From contig WJJL01000062.1 in NCBI GenBank assembly GCA_014729725.1, positions 1 to 27,887 of the forward strand: a DNA stretch of 27,887 nt. Reading direction: 5' to 3'. The notes beneath the pieces are model-generated. The model was not told the origin of the DNA, did no database searches, and saw only the letters and a program-made list of their open reading frames with translations. The translations under genes and the position numbers were made by a program. The DNA is from Candidatus Moraniibacteriota bacterium. Its GTDB lineage: Bacteria; Patescibacteriota; Minisyncoccia; CAIUEV01; JAHKAQ01. Shown in pieces: positions 17,334 to 25,090 of the stretch. Each line of letters opens with the position of its first letter. Position 1 is the first letter of the stretch.

Positions 17334-17661
17334 AATTAAGCGATTTCTTGATTTAGAATTTAACCTTTGTTTTTAGCATAAAAGGAAAAAAGAGTAAAGC
17401 AATCCGCAATTTTTTCCAGGTTTGGATAACTTTACCGCAGCAGTGAATTTTTAGCTTATAATTTATCTTTTGCCTACTTTTTATCAAATTTTAATCAAAA
17501 AAAGCGAAAAAATAATCTGTAAATTTGTGTATAGGATTTAATTCCAGATTTTATCATTAATTTGTTATTTTACTAGATTTAAAATATCTATATAATAAAG
17601 GTGGGGTTTATTGTCAGTTGCTAAAAATTGAAAACAGGTGTATATTTTTTATATTATTTTT

Positions 17662-17734
17662 GCCGAGATAGCTCAGTCGGTAGAGCACAGGACTGAAAAT
17701 CCTGGTGTCGGCGGTTCGATTCCGCCTCTCGGCA
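17662..17734 (+). tRNA. tRNA-Phe (anticodon GAA)
   Basis: GCCGAGA-TA-GCTC-AGTCGGTA-GAGC-A-CAGGA-CTGAAAA-TCCTG-GTGTC-GGCGG-TTCGATT-CCGCC-TCTCGGC-A. All stems are perfect. A TTGAAA-18-TATTAT promoter-like sequence lies just upstream. Confidence 0.9.
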
Positions 17735-17844
17735 CAATCTGATTTTCTGATAAATCGGCTTGCGGTTAAGTGATTTTTCAATTTTTAAATTCTCTTTATT
17801 ATCTGATTGAGGATTTTTGAATTTATATCCTTAATTTAAATAAA

Positions 17845-18231
17845 ATGAACCTGGAAAAAAAATTCGCCACAGCCATAAATTGTATGGATGGGAGAGTTCA
17901 AGAGCCGGTAATTAAATGGTTAAAACAAAAATTCGCCATCGATTATGTGGACACTATTACCGAAGCCGGGCCCAATAAATTATTGGCTCAAGCTCTTGAT
18001 TCTTCAAAAGTAAACTCTATTAAAAAAAGAGTTGAAATTTCTGTTAAAAAACACGGCTCAAAAATCATCGCCATTATCGGACATTTTGACTGCGCCGGCA
18101 ATCCGGTGGATAAAAAGACTCAAATCAAGCAGATTAAAGAGGGGATTAAATTGATTAAAACATGGGGGTTTAAGGTAGATGTAATAGGAGCTTGGGTTGA
18201 TAGCGACTGGAAGCTGCAGGAGATTGATTGA
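17845..18231 (+). CDS. Miniature beta-carbonic-anhydrase-like zinc-binding protein (128 aa)
   Basis: Both beta-CA metal-binding motifs occur at the expected spacing: C-M-D-G-R-V (compare CxDxR) at residues 13-18 and IIGHFDCAGN (compare GHTxCGA) at 77-86. The protein is far shorter than canonical beta-CAs of about 200 aa. Confidence 0.4.
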   Translation: MNLEKKFATAINCMDGRVQEPVIKWLKQKFAIDYVDTITEAGPNKLLAQALDSSKVNSIKKRVEISVKKHGSKIIAIIGHFDCAGNPVDKKTQIKQIKEGIKLIKTWGFKVDVIGAWVDSDWKLQEID

Positions 18232-18309
18232 GTTTAGAAGAAGAGATTTGTTTGCTCTTAATTTTTAGCCAATTAAGGTAAGCTTTTAAAGAAAATTATT
18301 TTACAATCG

Positions 18310-19155
18310 ATGAGTCTTGACTTTCCTTCTGTAAAACTAAATCTTTTTACAAAACTTGAATATTATTTGATTTTAAAAAAGTTGGATAAGAATTTTCAAA
18401 ATCATTTAAATAATTTTGTTGAAATTAAAAAAGATAATAAAAAAGCAGATTCTCAGCCGACTTGGGAAATTGAAAAGAAAATTTTATATTGGGCTTATCA
18501 TGGTCATCGACATCTGGGAACACCTTTGAATAAAAAAAAAGTTACTGAGGAGAAAATCCGAAAAGCCACTAAATTAAATAAAGATCAGCAAAAGGGCGAG
18601 TTAAGACTTGTTGATTATGCTTTACAAAACTTAGAGACCAAAGGATATTTTAAAAAAATAACCATTGATAGAAAACAGTATCCGGATAATCCGGAAATTG
18701 GCAAGACCGGTTATGTTATCACTCCTCAAGGTTTGGCAATGGGAGAGTTGATTTTTGAATTATGTTTTTTTGCTCAAGATAAAGATTATAATGAAAAATT
18801 TGCAAAAACGAAAATTTTAAAATATAAAAAATTTATAAAAACAATTTATGATTTGCAATTGTTTTCCATTAGATCTTTTTATTTGGCCGGTTTTTTTTAT
18901 TTGAATTTACTAATCTTAAAAGAGGTTGGTCTTATTGATGATTTAAAATTTTGGATAAAAGATCAAGTTTTAGGATATTTAGGAGGCTCGGCTCGGCTGA
19001 TAATTGAAGTTTTTATAGTAATTATTTTATTAATTCCATTTTTGTCTTTTTTTCTTTCTGTTATTTTTAAAAATATTTGTTGGTTTTTAGGATTGATTAA
19101 AAGTATATTAGGTAGAGTTAAAGAGAAATTAAACAACCCATCGCCTAAACTTTGA
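18310..19155 (+). CDS. Hypothetical protein with an N-terminal wHTH-like region and a C-terminal block of three TM helices
   Basis: 281 aa. Residues about 90-150 (LRLVDYALQNLETKGYFKKITID...GYVITPQGLAMGELIFE) resemble MarR/PadR-type winged helices. The last ~90 aa are strongly hydrophobic (LAGFFYLNLLIL..., IIEVFIVIILLIPFLSFFLSVIF...). Confidence 0.45.
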   Translation: MSLDFPSVKLNLFTKLEYYLILKKLDKNFQNHLNNFVEIKKDNKKADSQPTWEIEKKILYWAYHGHRHLGTPLNKKKVTEEKIRKATKLNKDQQKGELRLVDYALQNLETKGYFKKITIDRKQYPDNPEIGKTGYVITPQGLAMGELIFELCFFAQDKDYNEKFAKTKILKYKKFIKTIYDLQLFSIRSFYLAGFFYLNLLILKEVGLIDDLKFWIKDQVLGYLGGSARLIIEVFIVIILLIPFLSFFLSVIFKNICWFLGLIKSILGRVKEKLNNPSPKL

Positions 19156-19193
19156 TTAAATAAAAATTTTTCTTTAAGATAAAAAGGTTATTT

Positions 19194-19267
19194 GTCCCGG
19201 TAGCTCAGTTGGATAGAGCAAGACACTCCTAACGTCTAGGCCGCAGGTTCGATTCCTGCCCGGGACG
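19194..19267 (+). tRNA. tRNA-Arg (anticodon CCT)
   Basis: GTCCCGG-TA-GCTC-AGTTGGATA-GAGC-A-AGACA-CTCCTAA-CGTCT-AGGCC-GCAGG-TTCGATT-CCTGC-CCGGGAC-G. The acceptor, D and T stems are perfect. The anticodon stem has one A31:C39 mismatch. The anticodon is CCU. Confidence 0.75.
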
Positions 19268-19394
19268 CAATCAGTAAAAAATATAAAATTTCAATCTTAT
19301 TTTTGAAAAAATGGTTAATTGACACAGTACCAAACGAATTTACATAAATCCTGAAATCAATCCCAAAAAATTCACAAAATTTTTTTAAAAGTGG

Positions 19395-19414
19395 AAAATC
19401 GGTTTACTGTTTTA
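19395..19414 (+). repeat. Copy 1 of an exact 20-nt motif AAAATCGGTTTACTGTTTTA. Copy 2 is at 24305-24324
   Basis: An identical 20-mer lies 59 nt upstream of the MBL hydrolase ATG (19473) and 85 nt upstream of the ATG at 24409. A weaker ~45-nt similarity surrounds both copies (AAAATTTT...GAAAATCGGTTTACTGTTTTA.GG). Confidence 0.7.
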
Positions 19415-19472
19415 GGGACTGGACAAAATTAATCAAATTAATTTTTTAGTTAAGCTTTTTAAACATTTTATC

Positions 19473-20303
19473 ATGCAACTTTATCTTCTAGGCACCGGTA
19501 CTTGTGCTAATCAATTAACCAAAAACGGCAAAAAAATCAAAAATCGATTTCCGCCGGGTTATGTTTTGGATTGGGGTGAAAATAAGATTTTATTTGAAGT
19601 AAGCGAGGGCATTCGTTTCCGTCTTGAAAAAGCAGGCTTTGATTATGCGGATTTTGAAAATATTGCTATTTCCCACTGTCACCCTGATCACTATAATTTT
19701 ATGCCCTATCTTCAATCTGTCTATTGTAAAGGGCTTTGGGATCAGAAAGGTAAACAATATGAAAAATTAAAGATTCAGATTTTGTGTCCCAATCAAGTGG
19801 CTGAAAGTTATCGAAAAATTTTTAAGCTTTTGGTTTTGGAAATTAAAAAAAACCATTATGATTTTCCTGAAATTAGTTTTACAAAATTAGGTAAAATGAA
19901 ATTCAAAACCAAAATCGGCAGGGCGCAAATCACTGTTCAAGAAGTTCATCATGGTTTTGGAAAGGTTGAAACTTTAGCTTTTCGGGTTAAGGTGGACAAT
20001 AAAATTTTTGCCTACAGCGCGGATACCGGAGATTGCCAGGGGATTCGAAAAATTTGCAAAAACGCGGATTTGTTCTTATGCGAAGCCTCAGCTTTGATCG
20101 GTCAAGATAAAGCTTGCCGCAATTACGGTCACTTAACTCCCTATTTAGCCGGAAAAATCGCTAAGGAAAGTAAAGTCAAGAAACTGCTTTTAACCCATTA
20201 CATCGGTCTTGATAGCGAAAGCTCCATGCTTAAAGACTGCCAGCGATCCGGCTTTGAAGGAGAAGTGAAGGTAGGGAAAGATTTTGAGAAAGTAAAGATT
20301 TGA
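19473..20303 (+). CDS. MBL-fold metallo-hydrolase (beta-lactamase superfamily, RNase Z-like or glyoxalase II-like)
   Basis: 276 aa. The N-terminus LYLLGTGT and the HxHxDH motif (ISHCHPDHYNF) are followed by downstream His/Asp ligands (HHGFG, SADTGD, THY). Confidence 0.7.
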   Translation: MQLYLLGTGTCANQLTKNGKKIKNRFPPGYVLDWGENKILFEVSEGIRFRLEKAGFDYADFENIAISHCHPDHYNFMPYLQSVYCKGLWDQKGKQYEKLKIQILCPNQVAESYRKIFKLLVLEIKKNHYDFPEISFTKLGKMKFKTKIGRAQITVQEVHHGFGKVETLAFRVKVDNKIFAYSADTGDCQGIRKICKNADLFLCEASALIGQDKACRNYGHLTPYLAGKIAKESKVKKLLLTHYIGLDSESSMLKDCQRSGFEGEVKVGKDFEKVKI

Positions 20304-20426
20304 TTTTTATAGCCAAAAATTTTTAAAAAAAATATTAGAATTAAATTTTTTTTCTGAGATTTTGACGATTGTTATGAAGAAAGGGGAGGGACGGTAAACT
20401 GAATAAGCTTTTAAATTAAAGGGGGT

Positions 20427-21593
20427 TTATTGACTACAGCCTCCACCTACTTCAAAATCTCCACCAACATTCTGAGGGGGTTGACCGTTCCATTTTTCGA
20501 TTTGTTTAGACTGGTTTTCAATTTTTTTAAGCTCAAGCATTAAGGGGGTAATATTTTGAGAACTAATGATTTTATTAGCTTCAGCTACTCCTTGGGCCTC
20601 GATTATTTTCTTTTCTTTTTCTCTTTGCGCCACCTCTAATTCTTTTTTGGTTCTAATTTGTTCCTGCTCTAATTCAGCGGTTTCCAGAATTTTTTTCTCT
20701 TCTAAAATTTCCGTATTTCCAAAAACATCGATAAATTTTTGAGAAATTCTAATGTTTACTATATTTATAGAGTCCAGTTCCAGCCCCAATGGTTCAAGGA
20801 CTTTTTGGATTTCTTCGATTGATCGGTTTTTGATTTCGCTTTGTTTTAAATGAACTTCTTTGAAAGAATAGTCTCTGACAACGGTTTTAATTTGCTCGAT
20901 TGCTCTTGGCGATACAATTTGGTCAGCGGTGTTCCAAATACTCATAGTAGGTCCCTGTTTTCTATAGAAATCCACCAGTTTGTTTTCTTTAATGTGAAAG
21001 GTAAGATTGACATTTAGTAAAACATCCTGCAATTCAGGATATTTGGACTCGGCTGTGATTTCCGGAATACTGAATTGATAGTCTGCGGTATGGACAATAA
21101 TGTACTGGCTAAGCAAAGGGGAGGTCAAATGCACACCTGGATTTAAAATTTTTCCGGACTCGATATCAACAGCTTTTTGACCACTTTGCACTTTTATGGG
21201 TTTTATTACTTTCATTTGCCATAAAATTATCAATAAAGCTAAAATTATAAAATAATATTTTTTTCTTTGGATAAACTGTAAAATATTTTTTATTAGTCCC
21301 ATTATATTGGCCAGGATCTGTTTTATAAAATCAAAAATTCGTCCGAATTCTTTGGCTATTAATTCGTTAGCCTCTCCACTTCCTGACTTTTTGGCGGTAA
21401 TAGTCACTCTAATTATCAAAGTCAAAGCGTAAACAACTATTAAAATAATAATAAGACTTGCCAAAAAATCAAAGATATTCTGCCAAAAATCAAAAAATTC
21501 CTGGAAAAAATTTTGAGCATTTTGGGCGTTATCTTCGTTAACGGATTGAGAAACAATGTTTTGTTTTTGCACCGCTTGATTGTATCTGGCCAT
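20427..21593 (-). CDS. SPFH/band-7 domain membrane protein (HflK/C- or flotillin-like)
   Basis: 388 aa. Two N-terminal TM segments are followed by an SPFH core (QSGQKAVDIESGKILNPGVHLTSPL...IVHTADYQF) and a C-terminal Glu/Lys coiled coil. Confidence 0.7.
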   Translation of the reverse strand: MARYNQAVQKQNIVSQSVNEDNAQNAQNFFQEFFDFWQNIFDFLASLIIILIVVYALTLIIRVTITAKKSGSGEANELIAKEFGRIFDFIKQILANIMGLIKNILQFIQRKKYYFIILALLIILWQMKVIKPIKVQSGQKAVDIESGKILNPGVHLTSPLLSQYIIVHTADYQFSIPEITAESKYPELQDVLLNVNLTFHIKENKLVDFYRKQGPTMSIWNTADQIVSPRAIEQIKTVVRDYSFKEVHLKQSEIKNRSIEEIQKVLEPLGLELDSINIVNIRISQKFIDVFGNTEILEEKKILETAELEQEQIRTKKELEVAQREKEKKIIEAQGVAEANKIISSQNITPLMLELKKIENQSKQIEKWNGQPPQNVGGDFEVGGGCSQ

Positions 21594-21610
21594 TTTATAA
21601 AATTAAATAA

Positions 21611-21645
21611 ATTAAAAAACAAAAAAGACCTTGAAATATAGTCTT
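21611..21645 (-). terminator. Intrinsic terminator on the minus strand downstream of the 21698..22417 gene
   Basis: Read on the minus strand: AAAGAC-(11-nt loop)-GTCTTT followed by TTTTTTGTTTTTTAA. It separates the SPFH gene from the upstream hypothetical-gene run. Confidence 0.5.
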
Positions 21646-21697
21646 TTAAGAGCATTTAGTCAAATTAGAGCCATAGTGATCAAAAATAAGAGAGAGG

Positions 21698-22417
21698 TTA
21701 TTTTGCTTTTTTGATTAAGTCTTGGCTATGCGGGACAAAAGAAAGAGCTATTTGTTTCCAATAAAGCGCTTTAATAAAGTTTTGAATATCGTTTTCGGTT
21801 GCTTTTTCTGTTGAGAAATTTTTTTTATAGATTTTATCATAAGCTTTTTTAGTGTTTAGCTCTATTTCTCTATTTTTATCCTTGATGATTTTATGCTTTA
21901 GGGCTAAATCAATATCTTCTTGGTCAACAAAAGATTCTATTAGTTTTTGGCTGTGATTTAAAGTGACCTCAAATAAATGTTCAATAGATTTACGTTCTGT
22001 ATTGGGGTTGCTTAAAATGTTTTGAAAATTTTTAGACAGATAGGGGCTTAAAAATTCTTTAAGTTTATCTGTTTTAGTGTTTTTTATCTTAGGTAGAAGT
22101 TTGTTTTTTAACAATTTCTCCCAACTATTTTGGATTTTCTTTTTTTCTTCCAAATATTGTACTAATTGAGAGTTTGGCGGTAATTCATCAAGTTCTATTT
22201 TTTTGTAGATCCAAATTCCCCTAGGCCCGATAACCCCTTGTTGAAAAATTCTAGGGTCTAAATTATGTTTTTCAAACAATTCTGTTAGAGCGTTATGCTT
22301 AGACCATCCTGGAAGGTGAATATCTAAATCTGCCGGACTAGGGGGAAGCAAAATTTTAGCTTCTCCGGGGTTAATGTCTTCCGGGGTTGTTATTTCTGTT
22401 TTTTTAAGGAGCGTCAA
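21698..22417 (-). CDS. Hypothetical protein (239 aa) with a possible degenerate nucleotidyltransferase-like N-terminal motif
   Basis: Long ORF with coding-like composition. The N-terminus GEAKILLPPSPADLDIHLPGW loosely resembles G..x..SDhDhh NTase/GrpB-type motifs. No confident family assignment could be made. Confidence 0.4.
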   Translation of the reverse strand: MTLLKKTEITTPEDINPGEAKILLPPSPADLDIHLPGWSKHNALTELFEKHNLDPRIFQQGVIGPRGIWIYKKIELDELPPNSQLVQYLEEKKKIQNSWEKLLKNKLLPKIKNTKTDKLKEFLSPYLSKNFQNILSNPNTERKSIEHLFEVTLNHSQKLIESFVDQEDIDLALKHKIIKDKNREIELNTKKAYDKIYKKNFSTEKATENDIQNFIKALYWKQIALSFVPHSQDLIKKAK

Positions 22418-22458
22418 ATAAGATTTTATAGTGTGAGTATGGATATTAATAATTTTTT

Positions 22459-22827
22459 CTATACTATACTATCTAGATTTTTGTTCTTTTTTTTAATTTT
22501 TTTTAAGATTATTGCAGGATCAATAACAATTTCTGTGGAATTTCCATCAAGAATATTCAACCAAAATGAACTTCCATTTTTTAGTTGGACAAAAGTTCCG
22601 GTAGTTTCCACCTCGCTTTCAAAAACATCTTTTAATAATAAATAGACGCCTTCTCTCCAGCTGGAATCTTCCTTCAACTCGGAAGCTTCAAGGTGGTGCC
22701 CTAATTCAAAAGGCAAGCGCGTAAAAAAACTTACTCCCGTAAATCCGGCCAATTTTAAAAAATCTCTTCTACTTATTGGTTTTCGTTCCCCGCCGTTTTC
22801 TCTGGGGTTTTCAATTTTATTACTCAT
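22459..22827 (-). CDS. Small protein (122 aa) with a twin-arginine (Tat) signal peptide
   Basis: N-terminus MSNKIENPRENGGERKPISRRDFLKLAGFTGVSFF. SRRDFLK is a textbook S/T-R-R-x-F-L-K Tat motif, and the following hydrophobic stretch would act as the h-region. The mature part (~85 aa) has no recognisable domain. Confidence 0.5.
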   Translation of the reverse strand: MSNKIENPRENGGERKPISRRDFLKLAGFTGVSFFTRLPFELGHHLEASELKEDSSWREGVYLLLKDVFESEVETTGTFVQLKNGSSFWLNILDGNSTEIVIDPAIILKKIKKKNKNLDSIV

Positions 22828-22866
22828 TGTTGAAATTTATAGGTTTAGGGTAAGTCATCCACGAGC

Positions 22867-23097
22867 TTAATATATTGCAAAAGTAATATAACTGGTGCAA
22901 TCGATGGCAGGATCGTTCAAAAGCAGGCTGGAGTTGGTGTTTTCAAAGAAAAAAATTTTGGATTTTTTCTTGATTTTAGAGGTCATTAAAATTAAATTCA
23001 AAGAAGCCGGAGAATCAACAAAATCGTTGTTAAAACCGGAAATGGTTTTATAATCAAATTCTTCGATGGCTTTTATGGTTTTTTGATCATTGGTCAT
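22867..23097 (-). CDS. Small hypothetical protein (76 aa)
   Basis: ORF in the same orientation as its neighbours. Its ATG lies 11 nt downstream of the 19-bp palindrome. It has no recognisable motif and may be spurious. Confidence 0.25.
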   Translation of the reverse strand: MTNDQKTIKAIEEFDYKTISGFNNDFVDSPASLNLILMTSKIKKKSKIFFFENTNSSLLLNDPAIDCTSYITFAIY

Positions 23098-23108
23098 TAT
23101 AGTTTAGA

Positions 23109-23149
23109 GTCTTGCCTAGAATAAATTAAGAATTTATTCTAGGCAAGAC
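23109..23149. repeat. Perfect 19-bp inverted repeat with a 3-nt spacer
   Basis: GTCTTGCCTAGAATAAATT-AAG-AATTTATTCTAGGCAAGAC. Both arms were verified base by base. It lies between the 23290..24138 gene and the small ORF 22867..23097. Confidence 0.8.
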
Positions 23150-23289
23150 GCATTGTTTTTTATAGTATAATGTTTTGCTTTTTATATTGCTAGTAAAGGT
23201 TTTTTTAAGGCGAGGGGATTTTAAAAACTGGCTGGGACTTTTCGTGATAGAGTAAGAAGGTTAAAATTTGTCAAAAAAAGCCCAAAAAA

Positions 23290-24138
23290 TCAATCAATGA
23301 AATCAAAACTATTTGTAATATTATCATCCAGTGTAGTTTTTTGACCATTAATCTTTGTTTTAAAAGTGTTAGCTTGTCCCATACCCCATGTAGCCACTTT
23401 GCCTTGATTGGGGGAGTATAGAATTATAAATCTTCCATTTATATGACATTTTTCCTCCCACTCTTCTTGAGTTTTATAGGTTTTAAACCTTACAGAAAAA
23501 ATATCAGGGTTATTGTTAAAAGGTTTTTTGCTACCAATCTCACAACCCGGATAATATACTTTTTGAAGAAAATTTTCTAGTTCCTGATCATTTTTTACCT
23601 CCTCAACGAAAATTGCAAAGCTAACTCCGTTAATCTTTTCATAAACATTAGTTTTTTTTCTCGCTTGCTCCACATTATCTTGGTTGCTCCACATCTCCGC
23701 ACTAGTGTCTACCAAATAAACTATTTTTCCTTCTTCAATAATCTTGACTTGCGAGCCATTACTTTTCTTGGGGACTTTAATCTGAAAGCCTAAATCATAA
23801 TTAATATACAAGTTCCAAATCTCATCCAATGATTTAATTTTAGAACCGGTTTTCTTGGTGTTGGTTGATGGATTTTCACCACTGTTAAAAGATTCATCCT
23901 CTGCTTCAATCTGATCTCGATTAAAATTCTTTTTAGAAGTCTTGTTTACCAACAATTCAAGCTCTGTCTCGAGATCTTCTATTTTTTGTTCATATTCAGC
24001 TTGTAAATTTTTATCAAAATCTGATTTTTGAGCACTGAATTTAATCGATAAAAAAACCATTAAAACTATAAATAACCCCAAAACAACAATAATTGACATC
24101 AACAATTTAAAATTCATTTTGAAATTAAAATTTTTCAT
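23290..24138 (-). CDS. Hypothetical membrane-anchored or secreted protein (282 aa)
   Basis: An N-terminal signal-anchor (LLMSIIVVLGLFIVLMVFLSI) is followed by an acidic coiled coil and a C-terminal globular region with two Cys (YYPGCEIG, EEKCHING). Confidence 0.5.
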   Translation of the reverse strand: MKNFNFKMNFKLLMSIIVVLGLFIVLMVFLSIKFSAQKSDFDKNLQAEYEQKIEDLETELELLVNKTSKKNFNRDQIEAEDESFNSGENPSTNTKKTGSKIKSLDEIWNLYINYDLGFQIKVPKKSNGSQVKIIEEGKIVYLVDTSAEMWSNQDNVEQARKKTNVYEKINGVSFAIFVEEVKNDQELENFLQKVYYPGCEIGSKKPFNNNPDIFSVRFKTYKTQEEWEEKCHINGRFIILYSPNQGKVATWGMGQANTFKTKINGQKTTLDDNITNSFDFID

Positions 24139-24337
24139 AAGATTTAAATTAATATAAAACCTTTACTTATTAATTTAGCAGAATTTTAAAGAGAAAACAA
24201 AATCAATTTAGTTTTTATTTATATAGTGAGAGGGAATGTTCGTTTCGATCAGGCGTTTTTTAGAAAAAAATCCTGTGTGATTAAAATTTTCTTTGAAAAT
24301 TTGAAAAATCGGTTTACTGTTTTAAGGATCGGGTAGC

Positions 24338-24353
24338 GGTTCGTGGACACTAT
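24338..24353 (+). repeat. Copy 1 of the 16-nt direct repeat GGTTCGTGGACACTAT. Copy 2 is at 25062-25077
   Basis: Exact 16-mer direct repeats, GC-richer than their surroundings, bracket the AT-rich gene 24409..24999. Copy 1 is 56 nt upstream of its ATG and copy 2 is 63 nt downstream of its stop. Confidence 0.7.
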
Positions 24354-24408
24354 CAGTGGGATATATTAAAATTAGAGATAGTAATAGTAATAAAAATGTA
24401 AAATTTTT

Positions 24409-24999
24409 ATGTATAAATTTGAAAAAAAACCTTTTAATGCAACTGATGAAATTGATAATTCAGCTTTAAAAAAGCAACAACGCTATGAGAAAATCGCAGA
24501 CCTAGAAGCAACAGAAGGATTTCATAGACTTTCAAATAGGCAGCAAAAAATGATAAAATTATCTCTATATATGCAAGAAAGATTTGAAAGATTACCCTAT
24601 TTAGATAATAGCTTTTATGCTTGTTATTGTCATAAAGCAGTAGACGCTATTGAGACTGAAAAAATTGAAGAAGGGGATGTTTTCCCTGAAGATTTTTATG
24701 AGGCATCATATAAAAAAATTAGTAGTTTAGATGATGCAGAAAATCATATTTTGAGTATTGAATTTCCTGTTGTTGTACATATTGCTCGTGGTCCAGGTCC
24801 TGTAGAAGGATCTATAAATAAAGGTAGAGACCATTCATTTATAGTTTTTGGTAAAAATTCCTCTGGAGATATTATTGTATGGGAAAAAGAAGGAACAAGA
24901 TATCCTTTTAGAGTAACTACATTAAAAGAAGTTTATAAAGATTATACTGCTAATTATTTTTGGGGAGTAAGGGAGCTAAAAGATCGAACGAGTAAGTAA
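24409..24999 (+). CDS. Hypothetical protein (196 aa) with a Cys...His...Asp arrangement that suggests a papain/transglutaminase-like fold
   Basis: The ORF is AT-rich with A/T-ending codons, unlike the core genes. Candidate catalytic residues are C74 at a helix start (SFYACYCHKAVDAI), H142 (RDHSFIVFG) and D152 (GDIIVWE), in the Cys-His-Asp order seen in papain-like, NAT and transglutaminase-like folds. Confidence 0.4.
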   Translation: MYKFEKKPFNATDEIDNSALKKQQRYEKIADLEATEGFHRLSNRQQKMIKLSLYMQERFERLPYLDNSFYACYCHKAVDAIETEKIEEGDVFPEDFYEASYKKISSLDDAENHILSIEFPVVVHIARGPGPVEGSINKGRDHSFIVFGKNSSGDIIVWEKEGTRYPFRVTTLKEVYKDYTANYFWGVRELKDRTSK

Positions 25000-25090
25000 T
25001 AAAATGTTTTTTGAAAAAAATGATTTTTAAAATTTGTTTTAAATAAGACAAAAACCGCAGGGGTTCGTGGACACTATTGGAACTGAGAAA

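Noticed and set aside
24330-24360. GGTAGCGGTTCGTGGACACTAT, considered as a possible tRNA 3' fragment or attachment site because of the GGTTCG T-loop-like core
   Set aside because: It cannot be folded into a T-arm plus acceptor stem and matches none of the five tRNA 3' ends in the window. It is kept only as an unexplained direct repeat.
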